From Candidatus Poribacteria bacterium (GTDB lineage: Bacteria > Poribacteria > WGA-4E > PCPOR2b): DNA of 64,000 nucleotides. The notes under the pieces are model-generated. The model saw nothing but the letters and a program-made list of their open reading frames with translations. It ran no database searches and was not told where the DNA came from. Each line of letters starts with the position of its first letter. Positions within the stretch are counted from its first letter, which is position 1. A program made the translations under genes and the position numbers. Shown here one piece after another: positions 39,194 to 50,720 of this stretch. The DNA is taken from the NCBI GenBank assembly GCA_965208325.1, contig OZ242326.1, positions 4,576,001 to 4,640,000 on the forward strand. The letters run 5' to 3'.

Positions 39194-42100
39194 ATGTCAA
39201 ATCCAACGCCCGATGCGCGCTGCCAAGAAATAAAAACCCACCTCCAACTGCTGCGAAATCAGTGGAGATTGTTGCTGTTTTCTCATAATTTTTTGCGATG
39301 GCTTGCTTTACTCGCACTAAGTCTTGCTACGGTGCTTACCGCTGATTCGTTAATGCAACTGCCGAGTTTTCTACGTATTGGGCTGCTGGTGCTGTGGTTA
39401 GGAATTACTGTCTGTACAGCATTTCGTTATCTAATTCGCCCGATTTTAAAAAAGTTAAGCAAAATTCGTGTAGCGGCATATGTTGATGCCAGTAACTCCG
39501 ACTTTGAAAACCGTTTATTGAGTACAGTTCAACTCGAACCAGAGTTGAAAGCTAACAACTTTGGGTATGCTACGGGCTTCATTGAAGAACTCACTCAACA
39601 GGCGCATCAATCCATCGACCGAATCGAATCAAAGCAAGTTTTCAAGAAGGAATTGATCGAACTCAAGAAAAACGGCGGATTTGCCGTGTGCGCATTGGCT
39701 TTATTAATTCTGGTAAACCTTATTTTCCCCGCAGCATTGCAAAATTTTGTGCAAGCATTCAATGAACTTCCCACGTCCCCTCAAGATGAAATTGCCGCCC
39801 AAATTGATGAAATCGATCCCGGAAATACCCTTATTCAATCCGGAGGAAACATTTCCATCTCCGCAAAAGTGATTGGGCATTTTGGCGCCCCAGTACATCT
39901 AAACTATCGTGCGGTACAGGCTATGGATCCAGCGAATCAGCGAGTTGAGCACCCTGCGCCGTCTTTCGATAAATGGCGGTCGATTTTAATGGAGCAAAAC
40001 CACACGGAGTCGAGCTATCATATTGAATTGAAAAATGTCACGCAGTCAATGGATTATTTTGTCAGGGTGAATGAAGCCGAGTCAGAACACTTCCGTATTA
40101 CTGTTGCGCACCATCCAATCGTTAGTCGTTTCCAGCTTAAACTTAGCTTTCCGAGATACACCCAACTTTCTCCGCACGTCTTAGAAGAAAATATCGGCGA
40201 CATCAGTGCGCTAATTGGCACTGGAGTACAGTTCGATGGCGAAAGCAATAAGTCCCTTGCTTCAGCTACGTTAATCTTTGAAGAATCACCGGCTGTAAAG
40301 CTCAAAGTTTTAGACAATAACCATCTAATCGGGAATTTTATTGTTCAGTGCAGCGAAAAATACCATGTTGAACTGATTGACGCCGATGGCATTTCGAATT
40401 CACAGCCAATTGTTTATACGATTCACACAATTAAGGATGACGAACCAAAAATAGAAATTGTTGAGCCTGGAAAAGATGTTACGCTTGATGAATCCATGAC
40501 AGTAAATCTCCAGATCGATGTTGAGGATGACTATGGCGTACAAGAAATTCGGTTGGTTTATCGGGTTGAAGAGCACAATGAAGGCGACAAGGTTGTCTCG
40601 CTTAAAGCTTTTAATCCGCCTCAAGGATCCGCCTACATCGAGTTTGGGTGGGATATAGATTCAATTGGGCTATTTCCGGAAGATGTTGTTACATATCATG
40701 CGGAAGCAATTGACTCAGATAATGTCACGGGACCAAACGTAGGGAAATCTATCACCTACTCAATCCGATTTCCATCTGTGGCAGAACTGTATGAAGCAAT
40801 CGAGGCTCAGCAGGAAATAGAGCAGCACGGGGTGGAGGCCTTATTTAGCAGGCAAGTTGAAGTGAAAGCAACAATTGATGACCTGTTAAGAAAAATTCGC
40901 AAGAGTCAGCAGTTTACTCTCAAAGATGAAAAGTTAGTAAATCAGGTGTTTGAAACGCAGAAACAAATTGAGCAAACCTCAAAGAATATTATCGAAGATA
41001 TGAAACAAACTGCCGAACAGATGGATAAGAATCAGTTGTTTGATTTGCGGACTATCCAAAAATATCAGGAATTGCAAGAACTGATGGAGCAGGCGTTATC
41101 AGAAACGCATAAAGAACTTCTACGAAAGTTGTCCGAGGCGCTGCAACAGCGGCAACTGTCCGATCAAGAAAGAAAATTGATGGAGACGAATTTCAACCAA
41201 GAACAATTTGTGCAGCAATTGGATCGATTGAAAGAACTCTATCAACAGTTAATTCTTGAGCAAAAATTGGAAGCTGCGGCAACTCAAGCGATGGATCTCG
41301 CTAAACGTCAGGAACGCTTGATGGACACGGTAAAGAATCTGATTAGTCGCGCCAATCAATTTAGTGAAGGGAATGAAATGGGATTGGAAAATCTTGCCGA
41401 ACAAGAAAACCGCGTTATGGCAGGTCTAGCCTCGCTCCACGAAAAGCTTGATGAACTAGGTGAAAAAATGTCGACACGGGCAAATCTGCAACGTGTCGCT
41501 GATGAAATAAAGCGGTTAAATCGGACGGCGCGAGAACGGGAAATCGCTCAAAAACTTCAATCCGCGGGTTCAGCAATTCAGCGGTCTCGCATGCGTGCTG
41601 CAATTGCACCGGGGCAGCAGGCGCAGGAAGGACTGAGTGACCTGGCACAAGGATTAGAAAACGCAATGGAATTCATGGGTGCGAATGCTGATGCGGCTTT
41701 AGCGGCAATGCGAGAAGCCGTACGCGACGGCATTTTTCTCTCCCATCTGCAAGAAAGAGTAATTGACGGGACTGAAGCACTCTTGGATTCGGGGCATGGT
41801 CGTTATATCGAGAGCGAGATTAAACGTTTACAGCGATTGTCGGCAAGTGAATTGAGCATATCATCGGGTATCACAGATCTTGCCAGCGGACTTTGGGATT
41901 TAGGCAAGGAACAGATGCAAATCGATCTGAAAATCGTCTTGAGACTGCGCGCTGCAAGCGATGCCTTTGCGAGATCGGCGCGCGCGTTAGAAGATCGAAA
42001 ACCAAGTTTGGCGACACCTATACAAAAGCAGGGATTGGCCGATCTCAATGAAGCAATTTTAGATCTCATCAAGGCAATGGGCCAGATGAACCAACAGATG

Positions 42101-42676
42101 GGTATGGGAGGATTGCAGAGTATGCTGGAGCAGCTCCAGGAAATGGCACAGAATCAGCAAAATCTGAACGAAATGGCTGAAAACCTACATGAACAGATGC
42201 GGCAGCAAGGACAGACACCTGAGATGAAACAGTTGCTCGATCGTTTGGCTTATGAGCAGGAGATGATACGTGAAGCGACCGAACGGCTAGCAGAAATGAT
42301 TGGAAGCATGTCACAAGTACTCGGTGATTTGAATAGTGTGTCCGAGGAAATGAAAGAAGTGGAAGCAGAACTTCAACAAGGCAACTTGAATCAACGCGTC
42401 TTAGAAAAGCAGCGACGGATTTTAACCCGAATGCTCGAAAGTTCAAAATCGTTACAAAAGCGAGAGATTAACAAACGGCGCAAAGGCGAGGCTGCTAAGA
42501 ATCCGATGGATTCCACAACAGATGCACCTGCACTCGATTCCAAACTGCTAGAGACGGTCCGCCAGCTTGAATCTGACCTAGAATCTGGCGGAAGAGATGG
42601 GTTTCCTCCGCAGTACCGCGGGTTGATTGAACAGTATTTTAAGGCATTATCTCAGGAAACACAGAGAGGATTGTAG
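39194..42676 (+). CDS. DUF4175-family membrane protein with Ig-like domains and long coiled coil
   Basis: N-terminal TMs, DD.P.I.I..P and EDDYG motifs, Q/E/L-rich coiled coil, terminal PPQYRGLIEQYFKAL. Confidence 0.8.
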   Translation: MSNPTPDARCQEIKTHLQLLRNQWRLLLFSHNFLRWLALLALSLATVLTADSLMQLPSFLRIGLLVLWLGITVCTAFRYLIRPILKKLSKIRVAAYVDASNSDFENRLLSTVQLEPELKANNFGYATGFIEELTQQAHQSIDRIESKQVFKKELIELKKNGGFAVCALALLILVNLIFPAALQNFVQAFNELPTSPQDEIAAQIDEIDPGNTLIQSGGNISISAKVIGHFGAPVHLNYRAVQAMDPANQRVEHPAPSFDKWRSILMEQNHTESSYHIELKNVTQSMDYFVRVNEAESEHFRITVAHHPIVSRFQLKLSFPRYTQLSPHVLEENIGDISALIGTGVQFDGESNKSLASATLIFEESPAVKLKVLDNNHLIGNFIVQCSEKYHVELIDADGISNSQPIVYTIHTIKDDEPKIEIVEPGKDVTLDESMTVNLQIDVEDDYGVQEIRLVYRVEEHNEGDKVVSLKAFNPPQGSAYIEFGWDIDSIGLFPEDVVTYHAEAIDSDNVTGPNVGKSITYSIRFPSVAELYEAIEAQQEIEQHGVEALFSRQVEVKATIDDLLRKIRKSQQFTLKDEKLVNQVFETQKQIEQTSKNIIEDMKQTAEQMDKNQLFDLRTIQKYQELQELMEQALSETHKELLRKLSEALQQRQLSDQERKLMETNFNQEQFVQQLDRLKELYQQLILEQKLEAAATQAMDLAKRQERLMDTVKNLISRANQFSEGNEMGLENLAEQENRVMAGLASLHEKLDELGEKMSTRANLQRVADEIKRLNRTAREREIAQKLQSAGSAIQRSRMRAAIAPGQQAQEGLSDLAQGLENAMEFMGANADAALAAMREAVRDGIFLSHLQERVIDGTEALLDSGHGRYIESEIKRLQRLSASELSISSGITDLASGLWDLGKEQMQIDLKIVLRLRAASDAFARSARALEDRKPSLATPIQKQGLADLNEAILDLIKAMGQMNQQMGMGGLQSMLEQLQEMAQNQQNLNEMAENLHEQMRQQGQTPEMKQLLDRLAYEQEMIREATERLAEMIGSMSQVLGDLNSVSEEMKEVEAELQQGNLNQRVLEKQRRILTRMLESSKSLQKREINKRRKGEAAKNPMDSTTDAPALDSKLLETVRQLESDLESGGRDGFPPQYRGLIEQYFKALSQETQRGL

Positions 42677-42939
42677 AAATTGGGTACATAACTAGGCTGG
42701 CAGCACGGCTAAATGTTTCAATAAGTTTAAGACGTGAAATTCCAATTTCGTCGATACGGTTTAACCCGTATTCGTTGGACGTCTATCAAAACATCAAATT
42801 TCCGTGCTTTGGAAGTCGAAAAATCATGAAGTATTGATGACATCGTATTGCGGGGCTTGCGTGGCATGGGGGAGGTAAAGAGCAGGTTGGACATTTGACA
42901 AACGGGTAGGTTTTGGGAGACTGTGGCTGTGCTAATCTC

Positions 42940-43296
42940 CTACTCATCAACCAGACTAATGTAAGCCATCTGAGCATCATCCCCGCCTCGCAACTCTCCG
43001 CGAATGATGCGAGTATACCCGCCATTTCGGTTCTCATAACGTGGACCAATTTCATCAAACAATTTCTGCAAAACGAAATGATCGTGGATGATTCGAGCAG
43101 CTTGCCGGCGTGCGTGCAGGTCACCTCGTTTGGCTAAGGTAATCAGTTTTTCTGCAATTCGCCTGAGTTCCTTGCACTTGGGTAGCGTGGTCCGAATCTG
43201 CTCATGTTCAAACAGAGCCGTAGCTTGGTTACTGAACAGAGCCTTACGATGGCTACTTGTTCTCCCAAGTTTTCGTCCTCGCTTTCTATGACGCAT
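42940..43296 (-). CDS. rplQ: 50S ribosomal protein L17
   Basis: [25 protein letters not shown]. Confidence 0.97.
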   Translation of the reverse strand: MRHRKRGRKLGRTSSHRKALFSNQATALFEHEQIRTTLPKCKELRRIAEKLITLAKRGDLHARRQAARIIHDHFVLQKLFDEIGPRYENRNGGYTRIIRGELRGGDDAQMAYISLVDE

Positions 43297-43298
43297 AA

Positions 43299-44279
43299 TT
43301 ATTCATCCTTCTCTTCGTTTGCATCATTCAGAATCATTCCTAAGGAGAGCCCCATACCGGCAAGAATATCTTTAATCTCATTTAAAGATTTCCTGCCAAA
43401 ATTGCGGAATTTGAGCATTTCCTGTTCGGTTTTTTGCACCAAGTCTCTTATGGTTACAATCTTGGCAGCCTCCAAACAATTCGCCGAACGTACTGACAGT
43501 TCTAGCTCGGCGACGGGTTTCGATAAAAATTTATCGCGTTGAACTTTTTCTTCATCAATTACAACTTCGGGTTCAACATAAGTTTCATCAAAATCGCTAA
43601 ATAACCGCAGCTGGTCAAGCAAAATTTCCGCTGCCCGCGTTACCGCCTCTTTTGCGGTAAGGCTCGCATCTGTCCATACCTCTAAGATGAGCCGATCAAA
43701 ATTTGTCATGTGACCTACTCGTGTTTCTTCAACATGGAAATTCGCTTTCTTGACGGGGGAGAATTGGGCATCAAGCGGGATTACGCCAATTGGTTGTTCA
43801 GGACTCAAATGTTCTTCAGAAAGTGCATAACCACGACCCTTACACACTTGCATTTCCATGTTCAAACCGTTACACTTATCAAGCGTTGCGATGTGTTGAT
43901 CTGGGTTGATAATATCAATCTGACTGTTTGGTTGAATATCCGCTGCAGTAACCTCAGATGAGCCTTCTGCAAACAATCGCAATGTAACAATTTCATCGGT
44001 ATAGACATGGAATCTAATTTCTTTGAGGTTAAGAAGGATCTGAACGATATCTTCACGAACGCCTTCAATTGTCGAATATTCATGCCTTACATTTTCAATA
44101 GCAACAGTAATAATTGCTGCGCCTTCAATCGATGACAACAAAACCCGTCTCAGAGCATTCCCAAGTGTAATCCCAAATCCTCTAGCGAGCGGTTCAGCAA
44201 TGAATTTTCCATAATCAGCCCTTAAAGTGTCCAAATCTGCAACAAGACGCTGCGGTTTAGTAATTTCCCAAGCCGTCAT
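43299..44279 (-). CDS. rpoA: RNA polymerase subunit alpha
   Basis: [35 protein letters not shown]. Confidence 0.97.
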   Translation of the reverse strand: MTAWEITKPQRLVADLDTLRADYGKFIAEPLARGFGITLGNALRRVLLSSIEGAAIITVAIENVRHEYSTIEGVREDIVQILLNLKEIRFHVYTDEIVTLRLFAEGSSEVTAADIQPNSQIDIINPDQHIATLDKCNGLNMEMQVCKGRGYALSEEHLSPEQPIGVIPLDAQFSPVKKANFHVEETRVGHMTNFDRLILEVWTDASLTAKEAVTRAAEILLDQLRLFSDFDETYVEPEVVIDEEKVQRDKFLSKPVAELELSVRSANCLEAAKIVTIRDLVQKTEQEMLKFRNFGRKSLNEIKDILAGMGLSLGMILNDANEEKDE

Positions 44280-44300
44280 CAAATTAATCTCCCTGCATCA

Positions 44301-44927
44301 TTACTTGGAATAAAGCTCAACAATCAGTTGTGTTTGGAGGTTGGCAGCAACTTGATCTGCTTGGGGAAATGCGCGTACAATTCCCTCCTGTTTGTCCACA
44401 TCTAGTTCTAACCAATCCGGTGTCCCTTTGTGCTGAGCAAGTTCTAACGATTCGCTAATAATCGCCAAATTGCGACTCTTTTCACGGACTTGAATGACTC
44501 CTCCAACGGGTACCGAGTAAGAGGGTATATTCGCGCGTTTCCCGTTGACGAGGAAGTGATTGTGCTTAACGAGTTGGCGTGCCTGCGAGCGTGAACCTGC
44601 AAAACCTAGCCGATAAACTAGATTATCTAACCGACGTTCCAAGAGTACAACTAAATTTTGGCCGACAATGCCTTTTTGACGTGCCGCTTTCAAATAGTAT
44701 CTTCTAAATTGTTTTTCTAAGACACCGTATATTCGCTTAGCTTTCTGTTTTTCGCGCAATTGCCGCCCATACTCTTTTACTTTGCTTGATTTTTGACCGT
44801 GCTCACCGGGCGGGTAAGCACGACGTTCAATCGCACACTTTGGGGAATGGCAACGTGATCCTTTCAAAAAGAGTTTTTCCCCTTCTCTGCGACACAATTT
44901 ACAGACCGAATCCAAATATCTGCTCAT
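44301..44927 (-). CDS. rpsD: 30S ribosomal protein S4
   Basis: [29 protein letters not shown]. Confidence 0.97.
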   Translation of the reverse strand: MSRYLDSVCKLCRREGEKLFLKGSRCHSPKCAIERRAYPPGEHGQKSSKVKEYGRQLREKQKAKRIYGVLEKQFRRYYLKAARQKGIVGQNLVVLLERRLDNLVYRLGFAGSRSQARQLVKHNHFLVNGKRANIPSYSVPVGGVIQVREKSRNLAIISESLELAQHKGTPDWLELDVDKQEGIVRAFPQADQVAANLQTQLIVELYSK

Positions 44928-44968
44928 CTTCACTCTCTAAAATTGAGTTACTGAATTCCAAAATTCAA

Positions 44969-45337
44969 TCAAACGCGGCGTCGCTTTGGAGGACGGCAAC
45001 CATTATGGGGAATTGGTGTGACATCTTTCAGCGAAGTAATTTCCAATCCGGCCGCTGACAGCGCTCGAATCGTAGATTCTCTGCCGGCGCCTGGTCCTTT
45101 TACACGAACCTCAACGCGTTTCATACCTTGCTCCATTGCTTTCTTTGCAACGGCCTCCGCAGTCTGTTGAGCCGCAAACGGAGTAGATTTTCTGGAGCCT
45201 CGAAAGTTCATCCCTGCGCTTGCCCAAGCGATTGTATGACCGTTTTGATCTGTAATGGTAACAATCGTATTATTGAAAGTTGCTTGTATGTGGGCAATTC
45301 CTTCAGGAACAAATTTTTTTTCTTTTCTTTTTCTCAA
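44969..45337 (-). CDS. rpsK: 30S ribosomal protein S11
   Basis: [36 protein letters not shown] before TTG. Confidence 0.97.
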   Translation of the reverse strand: MRKRKEKKFVPEGIAHIQATFNNTIVTITDQNGHTIAWASAGMNFRGSRKSTPFAAQQTAEAVAKKAMEQGMKRVEVRVKGPGAGRESTIRALSAAGLEITSLKDVTPIPHNGCRPPKRRRV

Positions 45338-45422
45338 ATGTAAACTCCTTATACGAACCCTCTAGGATACAACATCACACAAGGATGCCATTAGTCCGAG
45401 CGGGTCGAGTTTCATGCGGATA

Positions 45423-45818
45423 TCAGCCGCCTCTTCGCGCGGATTCTTTTGCTTTCCTGCCCACTGAAATGGTTCTTGCCTTTCCTTTGCGCGTGCGCGC
45501 ATTTGTACTCGTACGCTGACCTCGAACAGGCAGTTGTCGACGATGACGCAACCCACGATAACTATTGATGTCCACCAGCCGTTTTATGTTTAGCTCGATC
45601 TCACGCCTGAGATCGCCTTCCACCTTGTGTTCCTGGCCAATGCTATTTCTCAACCGGCTAATTTCGTCTTCAGTGAGATCCTGAGATTTAGTCTCAGGAT
45701 TGATTTGCAACTCCGCCACCATGTTTGATGCCGTACGGCGTCCAATTCCAAAAATGTGCGTGAGTGCAATGTCTATTCTTTTGTTCCGAGGTAAATCGAC
45801 TCCGGCAATTCTTGCCAC
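45423..45818 (-). CDS. rpsM: 30S ribosomal protein S13
   Basis: [25 protein letters not shown]. Confidence 0.97.
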   Translation of the reverse strand: MARIAGVDLPRNKRIDIALTHIFGIGRRTASNMVAELQINPETKSQDLTEDEISRLRNSIGQEHKVEGDLRREIELNIKRLVDINSYRGLRHRRQLPVRGQRTSTNARTRKGKARTISVGRKAKESARRGG

Positions 45819-45944
45819 AGTTGTCCTCCCCGATGGATTGAAGGTTCAGTTTACATGTGCCCTAGGCTGACACGGAATGAGATTCCGAAATGAATTCTTC
45901 CAATTACCCTATAACTCGACCTTAATTTGCCTAACCATAAAAAG

Positions 45945-46061
45945 CTAACCTTGTCTCTGTTTGTGCTTTGGATTTGCAGGGCAAATGACCCGGACAATCC
46001 CTTTTCTCTTTATAACAATGCACTTATTACAAATTTTTTTTACTGAAGCGCGAACTTTCAT
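45945..46061 (-). CDS. rpmJ: 50S ribosomal protein L36 (not in ORF track)
   Basis: My translation: [38 protein letters not shown]. Confidence 0.97.
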   Translation of the reverse strand: MKVRASVKKICNKCIVIKRKGIVRVICPANPKHKQRQG

Positions 46062-46138
46062 AATACTTCCCCTTCTCAGTTGGATGTTTAGGTTCTGTTG
46101 GCGAGCTAAGTGTGAAAAAGGGGTATTGCCAAAGGGTT

Positions 46139-47473
46139 TTATCTGGAGCGTCGTCCTCTCATACGTCTATCTTGCAGAAATCCCTCATAATGCCTCATGG
46201 TCAGGTAAGATTCGATTTGGGACATTGTATCCAATACAACACCTACAACAATCAAGATTGAAGCACCTTCTATTAATGTTCCGACACCAAGACCCGCTTG
46301 CAAAATAATCGGAATAACTGCGATGGCGGCGAGAAAGAGTGCGCCGGGTAAAGTAATCCTGGTTAAAGTATCATTAATATACTCCGCTGTCCGTTTTCCG
46401 GGGCGAATCCCCGGAATGAACCCGCCGTATTTTTTCAAATCATCAGCCATCTGAACGGGATTAATCTGGACAGCAGTGTAGAAAAATGTGAAACCAATAA
46501 TCAGAAGCGCATAGGTTATCATATATAAGGGAGTTCCCGAACTGAAAATACCCCGTGCGCCATCAACCCACCCCCAAGTTTGCGGCAAGAAACCCAAAGC
46601 TGTGGAAGGAAATTGGATTAGCGTCACGGCGAAAATGATGGGAATCATACCTGCGGCGTTTACACGAAGGGGCAGATGCGTCGTTTGACCGCCGAATACC
46701 TTGCGTCCAACCACCCGCCGCGCATACTGCACTGGAATCTTACGAACGGCCAATTGAATATAGACCGTTCCCATGATGGCTATCACAGCCAGTACCAAAA
46801 ATATAGCGAGTTGCGGGAGTCCAAATTTTGGATCGCTAAATAGACGACCAAAAAGTGTACTTGCACCGCCGGGCATGCCTGCAAGGATTCCGATGGTAAT
46901 GATTAACGAAATGCCCTGCCCGATTCCCCGTTCTGTAATCTGCTCGCCAAGCCACATCACAAAAGAGGTACCTGCCATCAGAGTGATGACGGTCACGAAA
47001 TGGAACATCCAACCCGGATTCGTTACGATAGTCCTATCCAGACCAACAATTGCACCGGGGTTGAGCAAAATGAAACTTATTGTGATTCCTTGAACAACGC
47101 TGAGAATGACGGTTCCGTAGCGCGTATATTGCGTAATTTTTTTGCGTCCATCAGGTTCTTTTGAGAGTTTTTCAAGTGAGGGAATAACAACGGTGAGAAG
47201 CTGCATGATAATCATGGCGCTGATGTACGGCTGAATACCAAGTGCAAATATGGTCATCTGTGCGAACGCACCTCCGGAAAACAAATCTACTAGCCCAATC
47301 ATTCCGCCCGTGCGTTCCTTTAACGCCTCAAAGAAATCTTTCAACGCCGCATCGTCTATCCCCGGCAAGGTAATGTGAGCGCCCAATCGATATACAATTA
47401 ACAACATCGCCGTGAAGAACAGCCGTTTGCGTAATTCTGGAATTTTCAAAGCGTTTTGAAAAGCCTTAATCAT
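46139..47473 (-). CDS. secY: Preprotein translocase subunit SecY
   Basis: [33 protein letters not shown]. Confidence 0.97.
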   Translation of the reverse strand: MIKAFQNALKIPELRKRLFFTAMLLIVYRLGAHITLPGIDDAALKDFFEALKERTGGMIGLVDLFSGGAFAQMTIFALGIQPYISAMIIMQLLTVVIPSLEKLSKEPDGRKKITQYTRYGTVILSVVQGITISFILLNPGAIVGLDRTIVTNPGWMFHFVTVITLMAGTSFVMWLGEQITERGIGQGISLIITIGILAGMPGGASTLFGRLFSDPKFGLPQLAIFLVLAVIAIMGTVYIQLAVRKIPVQYARRVVGRKVFGGQTTHLPLRVNAAGMIPIIFAVTLIQFPSTALGFLPQTWGWVDGARGIFSSGTPLYMITYALLIIGFTFFYTAVQINPVQMADDLKKYGGFIPGIRPGKRTAEYINDTLTRITLPGALFLAAIAVIPIILQAGLGVGTLIEGASILIVVGVVLDTMSQIESYLTMRHYEGFLQDRRMRGRRSR

Positions 47474-47922
47474 TATTGCATTACCTCAATTTTACCGCCC
47501 GCCGATTCTATTTTCTCAATGGCAGACTTCGAAAATTTATGGCTCTGTACAGTTAATTGCTTTTCAAGATTTCCGGATCCTAGGATTTTCACTCTAGCAT
47601 TCCCGCCATGAATAATTCTTGCTTCTCGCAGAACCTCTAGCGTAATAGTCCTCCCGTTTTCAAAACGATTTAGCGACTCTACATTAACAACGTCATATGT
47701 AATGTGTTTATGCCCCACTTTACTAGGACCACGCTTGGGGAGCCGTCTAACGAAGGGCATTTGCCCCCCTTCGAACCAGTCCGGGATTGACCCGCCGGAC
47801 CTCGACTTTTGCCCCTTGTGCCCTCTACCACAGGTTTTCCCCCAACCTGAAGCATTTCCGCGCCCAACCCGTTTTCTTGGGCGTTTTGAGTTCTTAGCTG
47901 GTTTGAGATTGTTCAATTCCAT
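47473..47922 (-). CDS. rplO: 50S ribosomal protein L15
   Basis: RVGRG..SG.GKT.GRG.KGQ, FEGGQMP. Confidence 0.97.
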   Translation of the reverse strand: MELNNLKPAKNSKRPRKRVGRGNASGWGKTCGRGHKGQKSRSGGSIPDWFEGGQMPFVRRLPKRGPSKVGHKHITYDVVNVESLNRFENGRTITLEVLREARIIHGGNARVKILGSGNLEKQLTVQSHKFSKSAIEKIESAGGKIEVMQ

Positions 47923-47934
47923 TAGAATTTTGCC

Positions 47935-48471
47935 CTAGCGGGCACCCATATTATTTCGGAGGTCTTCAATAGCTTTACCACGAAGGTGAGTAACTTCATC
48001 AATATCCTTCAAGGCGCGTAGCGCTTGCATAGTTGCTTCTGCAATATTTTTTGCATTTCTAGAGCCTAGCCGCTTGGTCAATATATCCTGAACACCGGCG
48101 AACTCCAGAATTATCCGTGTTGCAAGACCGGCAATAATCCCTGTACCGGGGCTTGCCGGTTTTAGAAGGACTTTAGCAGCTTTAAATTGACCAACAATTT
48201 CGTGCGGAATCGTACTTCCTGACAATGGAACGCGGATTAGATTTTTCTTGGCATCAGCAATACTTTTGCTGATTGCCGAAGGAATTTCATTTGCGCTGCC
48301 AAATCCGATGCCAACAATGCCGTCGCGGTTCCCAACGGCTGAAAGCGCATTGAAACTCGGAGTTCGTCCGCCTTTTCGCACGCGCATTACACGATTTATG
48401 TCAATTGGCCGTTCTTCAAATTCAAATTCATCCGGGTTTATCTTTTCCTTCAACAAAAAATTGGCCTCCAC
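47935..48471 (-). CDS. rpsE: 30S ribosomal protein S5
   Basis: INRV..V.KGGR, KPASPGTGIIAG. Confidence 0.95.
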   Translation of the reverse strand: MEANFLLKEKINPDEFEFEERPIDINRVMRVRKGGRTPSFNALSAVGNRDGIVGIGFGSANEIPSAISKSIADAKKNLIRVPLSGSTIPHEIVGQFKAAKVLLKPASPGTGIIAGLATRIILEFAGVQDILTKRLGSRNAKNIAEATMQALRALKDIDEVTHLRGKAIEDLRNNMGAR

Positions 48472-48481
48472 GTTGAAATCT

Positions 48482-48850
48482 CTAAAACTTCAATCCGCCT
48501 TCCCTAGCAGCTTCTGCGAGCCCTTGGAGCCTTCCATGATAAGGATTTCCACCCCGATCGAAAACAACGGAATAAATCTTTTGTTCTTTCGCTTTGTTCG
48601 CGATCAACTGTCCAACTTTACGAGCTGCATCAATATTACCCGCTGTAGTCAAGCTATTTTTTAACTCCGGTGAAAGGGTCGATGCTGCAACAAGCGTAAT
48701 CCCTTTCTCATCATCAATTATCTGTGTATAAATGTGCTTCAGACTCTTAAATACGGCAAGCCTTGGTCTTTTACTGGTACCGACAATTTTCTTTCTGACT
48801 CGCTGTTTACGCATCTTTCGAGCAATATATTTCCTCTTAATCCGATCCAA
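48482..48850 (-). CDS. rplR: 50S ribosomal protein L18
   Basis: [27 protein letters not shown]. Confidence 0.97.
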   Translation of the reverse strand: MDRIKRKYIARKMRKQRVRKKIVGTSKRPRLAVFKSLKHIYTQIIDDEKGITLVAASTLSPELKNSLTTAGNIDAARKVGQLIANKAKEQKIYSVVFDRGGNPYHGRLQGLAEAAREGGLKF

Positions 48851-48876
48851 GACTTTCCTCCACGATATATTCGGCG

Positions 48877-49443
48877 TTAAGCCCTAGCTTTCCCTTCCTT
48901 CATACGGACATGTTCGCCTTCATAGCGGATACCTTTGCACGGCTCATATACTTCAGGTTTTTTTATCTGTCGAATTGATGCGGCAACCTGTCCTACAAGT
49001 TGTTTATCAATACCGTTTACCGTGATAGGTATATGAGGTTGTCCATCCACGTTTTCAATGGTACCCACATTCAGGATAACACCATCAGGGGGAGAATAAA
49101 CAACTGGGTGAGAATATCCAACATTTAAAACTAGACGTTTTTGCCGATCTATTTCCGCTCGGTATCCCGTTCCTACGGCCCGAAGCCTCTTCTCAAATCC
49201 CTTGCTTACACCAGCTACCATATTCGCAATGAGACTGCGAGTTAAACCATGTAGAGACCGATGTATCTTTTGGTTGCTCGACCGGCTAACCGCAATTACA
49301 CCATCGACTAAATTCACTTCAATGTTTTCAGGTATCTTCCAACTTAGATTCCCTTTTGGCCCTTCAACAGTGATATCCTTTTTTTCCACAGCTACTTTCA
49401 CATTCGCGGGTACCTCAATGGCCATACGTCCTATTCGTGACAT
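48877..49443 (-). CDS. rplF: 50S ribosomal protein L6
   Basis: [25 protein letters not shown]. Confidence 0.97.
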   Translation of the reverse strand: MSRIGRMAIEVPANVKVAVEKKDITVEGPKGNLSWKIPENIEVNLVDGVIAVSRSSNQKIHRSLHGLTRSLIANMVAGVSKGFEKRLRAVGTGYRAEIDRQKRLVLNVGYSHPVVYSPPDGVILNVGTIENVDGQPHIPITVNGIDKQLVGQVAASIRQIKKPEVYEPCKGIRYEGEHVRMKEGKARA

Positions 49444-49475
49444 TACTTCATCTCCTATGTTCAAAAACTCAAGAA

Positions 49476-49874
49476 TTACCAAACATAACAGAGGACTTCA
49501 CCGCCGATGCTGACATTCCTGCATTCAAATGCGGTCTTCACGCCTTGGGAGGTCGAAAGAATCGCAATCCCTAAATCTCCGTACACGCGAGGTAAGTCTG
49601 TGGCTTTTACATATACACGCCGCCCCGGTTTGCTGATTCGCTTAATACCTGTAATGACTTTCTCTTGATTGTCACCATACTTAAGATAGATCCTCAAAAT
49701 GCCCTGTTTTCGGTCATCAATCAAGCGATAGTTTCGAAGAAACCCTTCCTCGTGAAGGATACGGGCGATTTCCAATTTTAGATTTGACGCGGGTATTTCT
49801 ACGCGATCGTGCCTGACCATATTCGCATTGCGAATGCGAGTTAACATATCCGCGATAGGATCTGTCATTGACAT
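49476..49874 (-). CDS. rpsH: 30S ribosomal protein S8
   Basis: [25 protein letters not shown]. Confidence 0.97.
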   Translation of the reverse strand: MSMTDPIADMLTRIRNANMVRHDRVEIPASNLKLEIARILHEEGFLRNYRLIDDRKQGILRIYLKYGDNQEKVITGIKRISKPGRRVYVKATDLPRVYGDLGIAILSTSQGVKTAFECRNVSIGGEVLCYVW

Positions 49875-49889
49875 TAGTATTCTTCTCCT

Positions 49890-50075
49890 TTACCAGCTCG
49901 CTTTTCTCACACCGGGTATCTTGCCGGCCCTGGCTAGTAGTCGGAAGCAAATTCGGCAACATTCAAACCGGCGCAGGAAGCCTCGAGAGCGTCCGCATAT
50001 TCGGCATCGATTGTATTTCCGCGTTCTAAACTTGGGAGTTCTTTTCTGCTTTGCAATGAGTGCTTTAGTTGCCAA
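49890..50075 (-). CDS. rpsN: 30S ribosomal protein S14, short zinc-binding type
   Basis: RCRICGR...CRICFR...[17 protein letters not shown] before TTG 50075. Confidence 0.95.
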   Translation of the reverse strand: MATKALIAKQKRTPKFRTRKYNRCRICGRSRGFLRRFECCRICFRLLARAGKIPGVRKASW

Positions 50076-50119
50076 CCCCAACCTCCTTTCTTCAGCTATG
50101 CTCGGGACCAAGCACGCAA

Positions 50120-50659
50120 TCATCCTCTAAATGGCATACCCATGAGACGCAAGAATTCATGCCCCTCTTCGTCTGTTGAGGCTGTAGTAACGATGGAAAT
50201 ATTTAATCCTCGGACTTCACTCACGCGATCGTAGTCAATTTCCGGAAAAATAACCTGTTCATGAAGACCTAACGAATAATTTCCGCGTCCATCGAATGAA
50301 TTTGGGGAAAGCCCTCTAAAATCTCGAATTTGCGGTAATACAGCGTTTACGAGCCGATTGAAAAACTCATACATCGAGTGCCGCCGTAGAGTGACCTTAC
50401 AACCGATAGCCATACCATCGCGTATCTTGAATGCGGACACTGATTTCTTGGCTCGCGTAATAATTGCGCGTTGACCGGCTATTAGCGTCAGTTCTTCGAC
50501 AGCATTCTCCAGCAATTTGGGATTCTGTGTTGCAGCGCCAACTCCTATATTCAACGCAATCTTTTCAAGTTTTGGCACCTGCATGATGTTTGAATAGTCA
50601 AAGCGCCGTTGCAGCGCAGGCACTACCTCTTCTTTATAAAACGATCTAAATGGACTCAT
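50120..50659 (-). CDS. rplE: 50S ribosomal protein L5
   Basis: [23 protein letters not shown]. Confidence 0.97.
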   Translation of the reverse strand: MSPFRSFYKEEVVPALQRRFDYSNIMQVPKLEKIALNIGVGAATQNPKLLENAVEELTLIAGQRAIITRAKKSVSAFKIRDGMAIGCKVTLRRHSMYEFFNRLVNAVLPQIRDFRGLSPNSFDGRGNYSLGLHEQVIFPEIDYDRVSEVRGLNISIVTTASTDEEGHEFLRLMGMPFRG

Positions 50660-50720
50660 CAGTTTTTCCTCACACGGAGAAAATGTTGCGGGGATATTGC
50701 AATTTATGTGTGTCTAAGAA

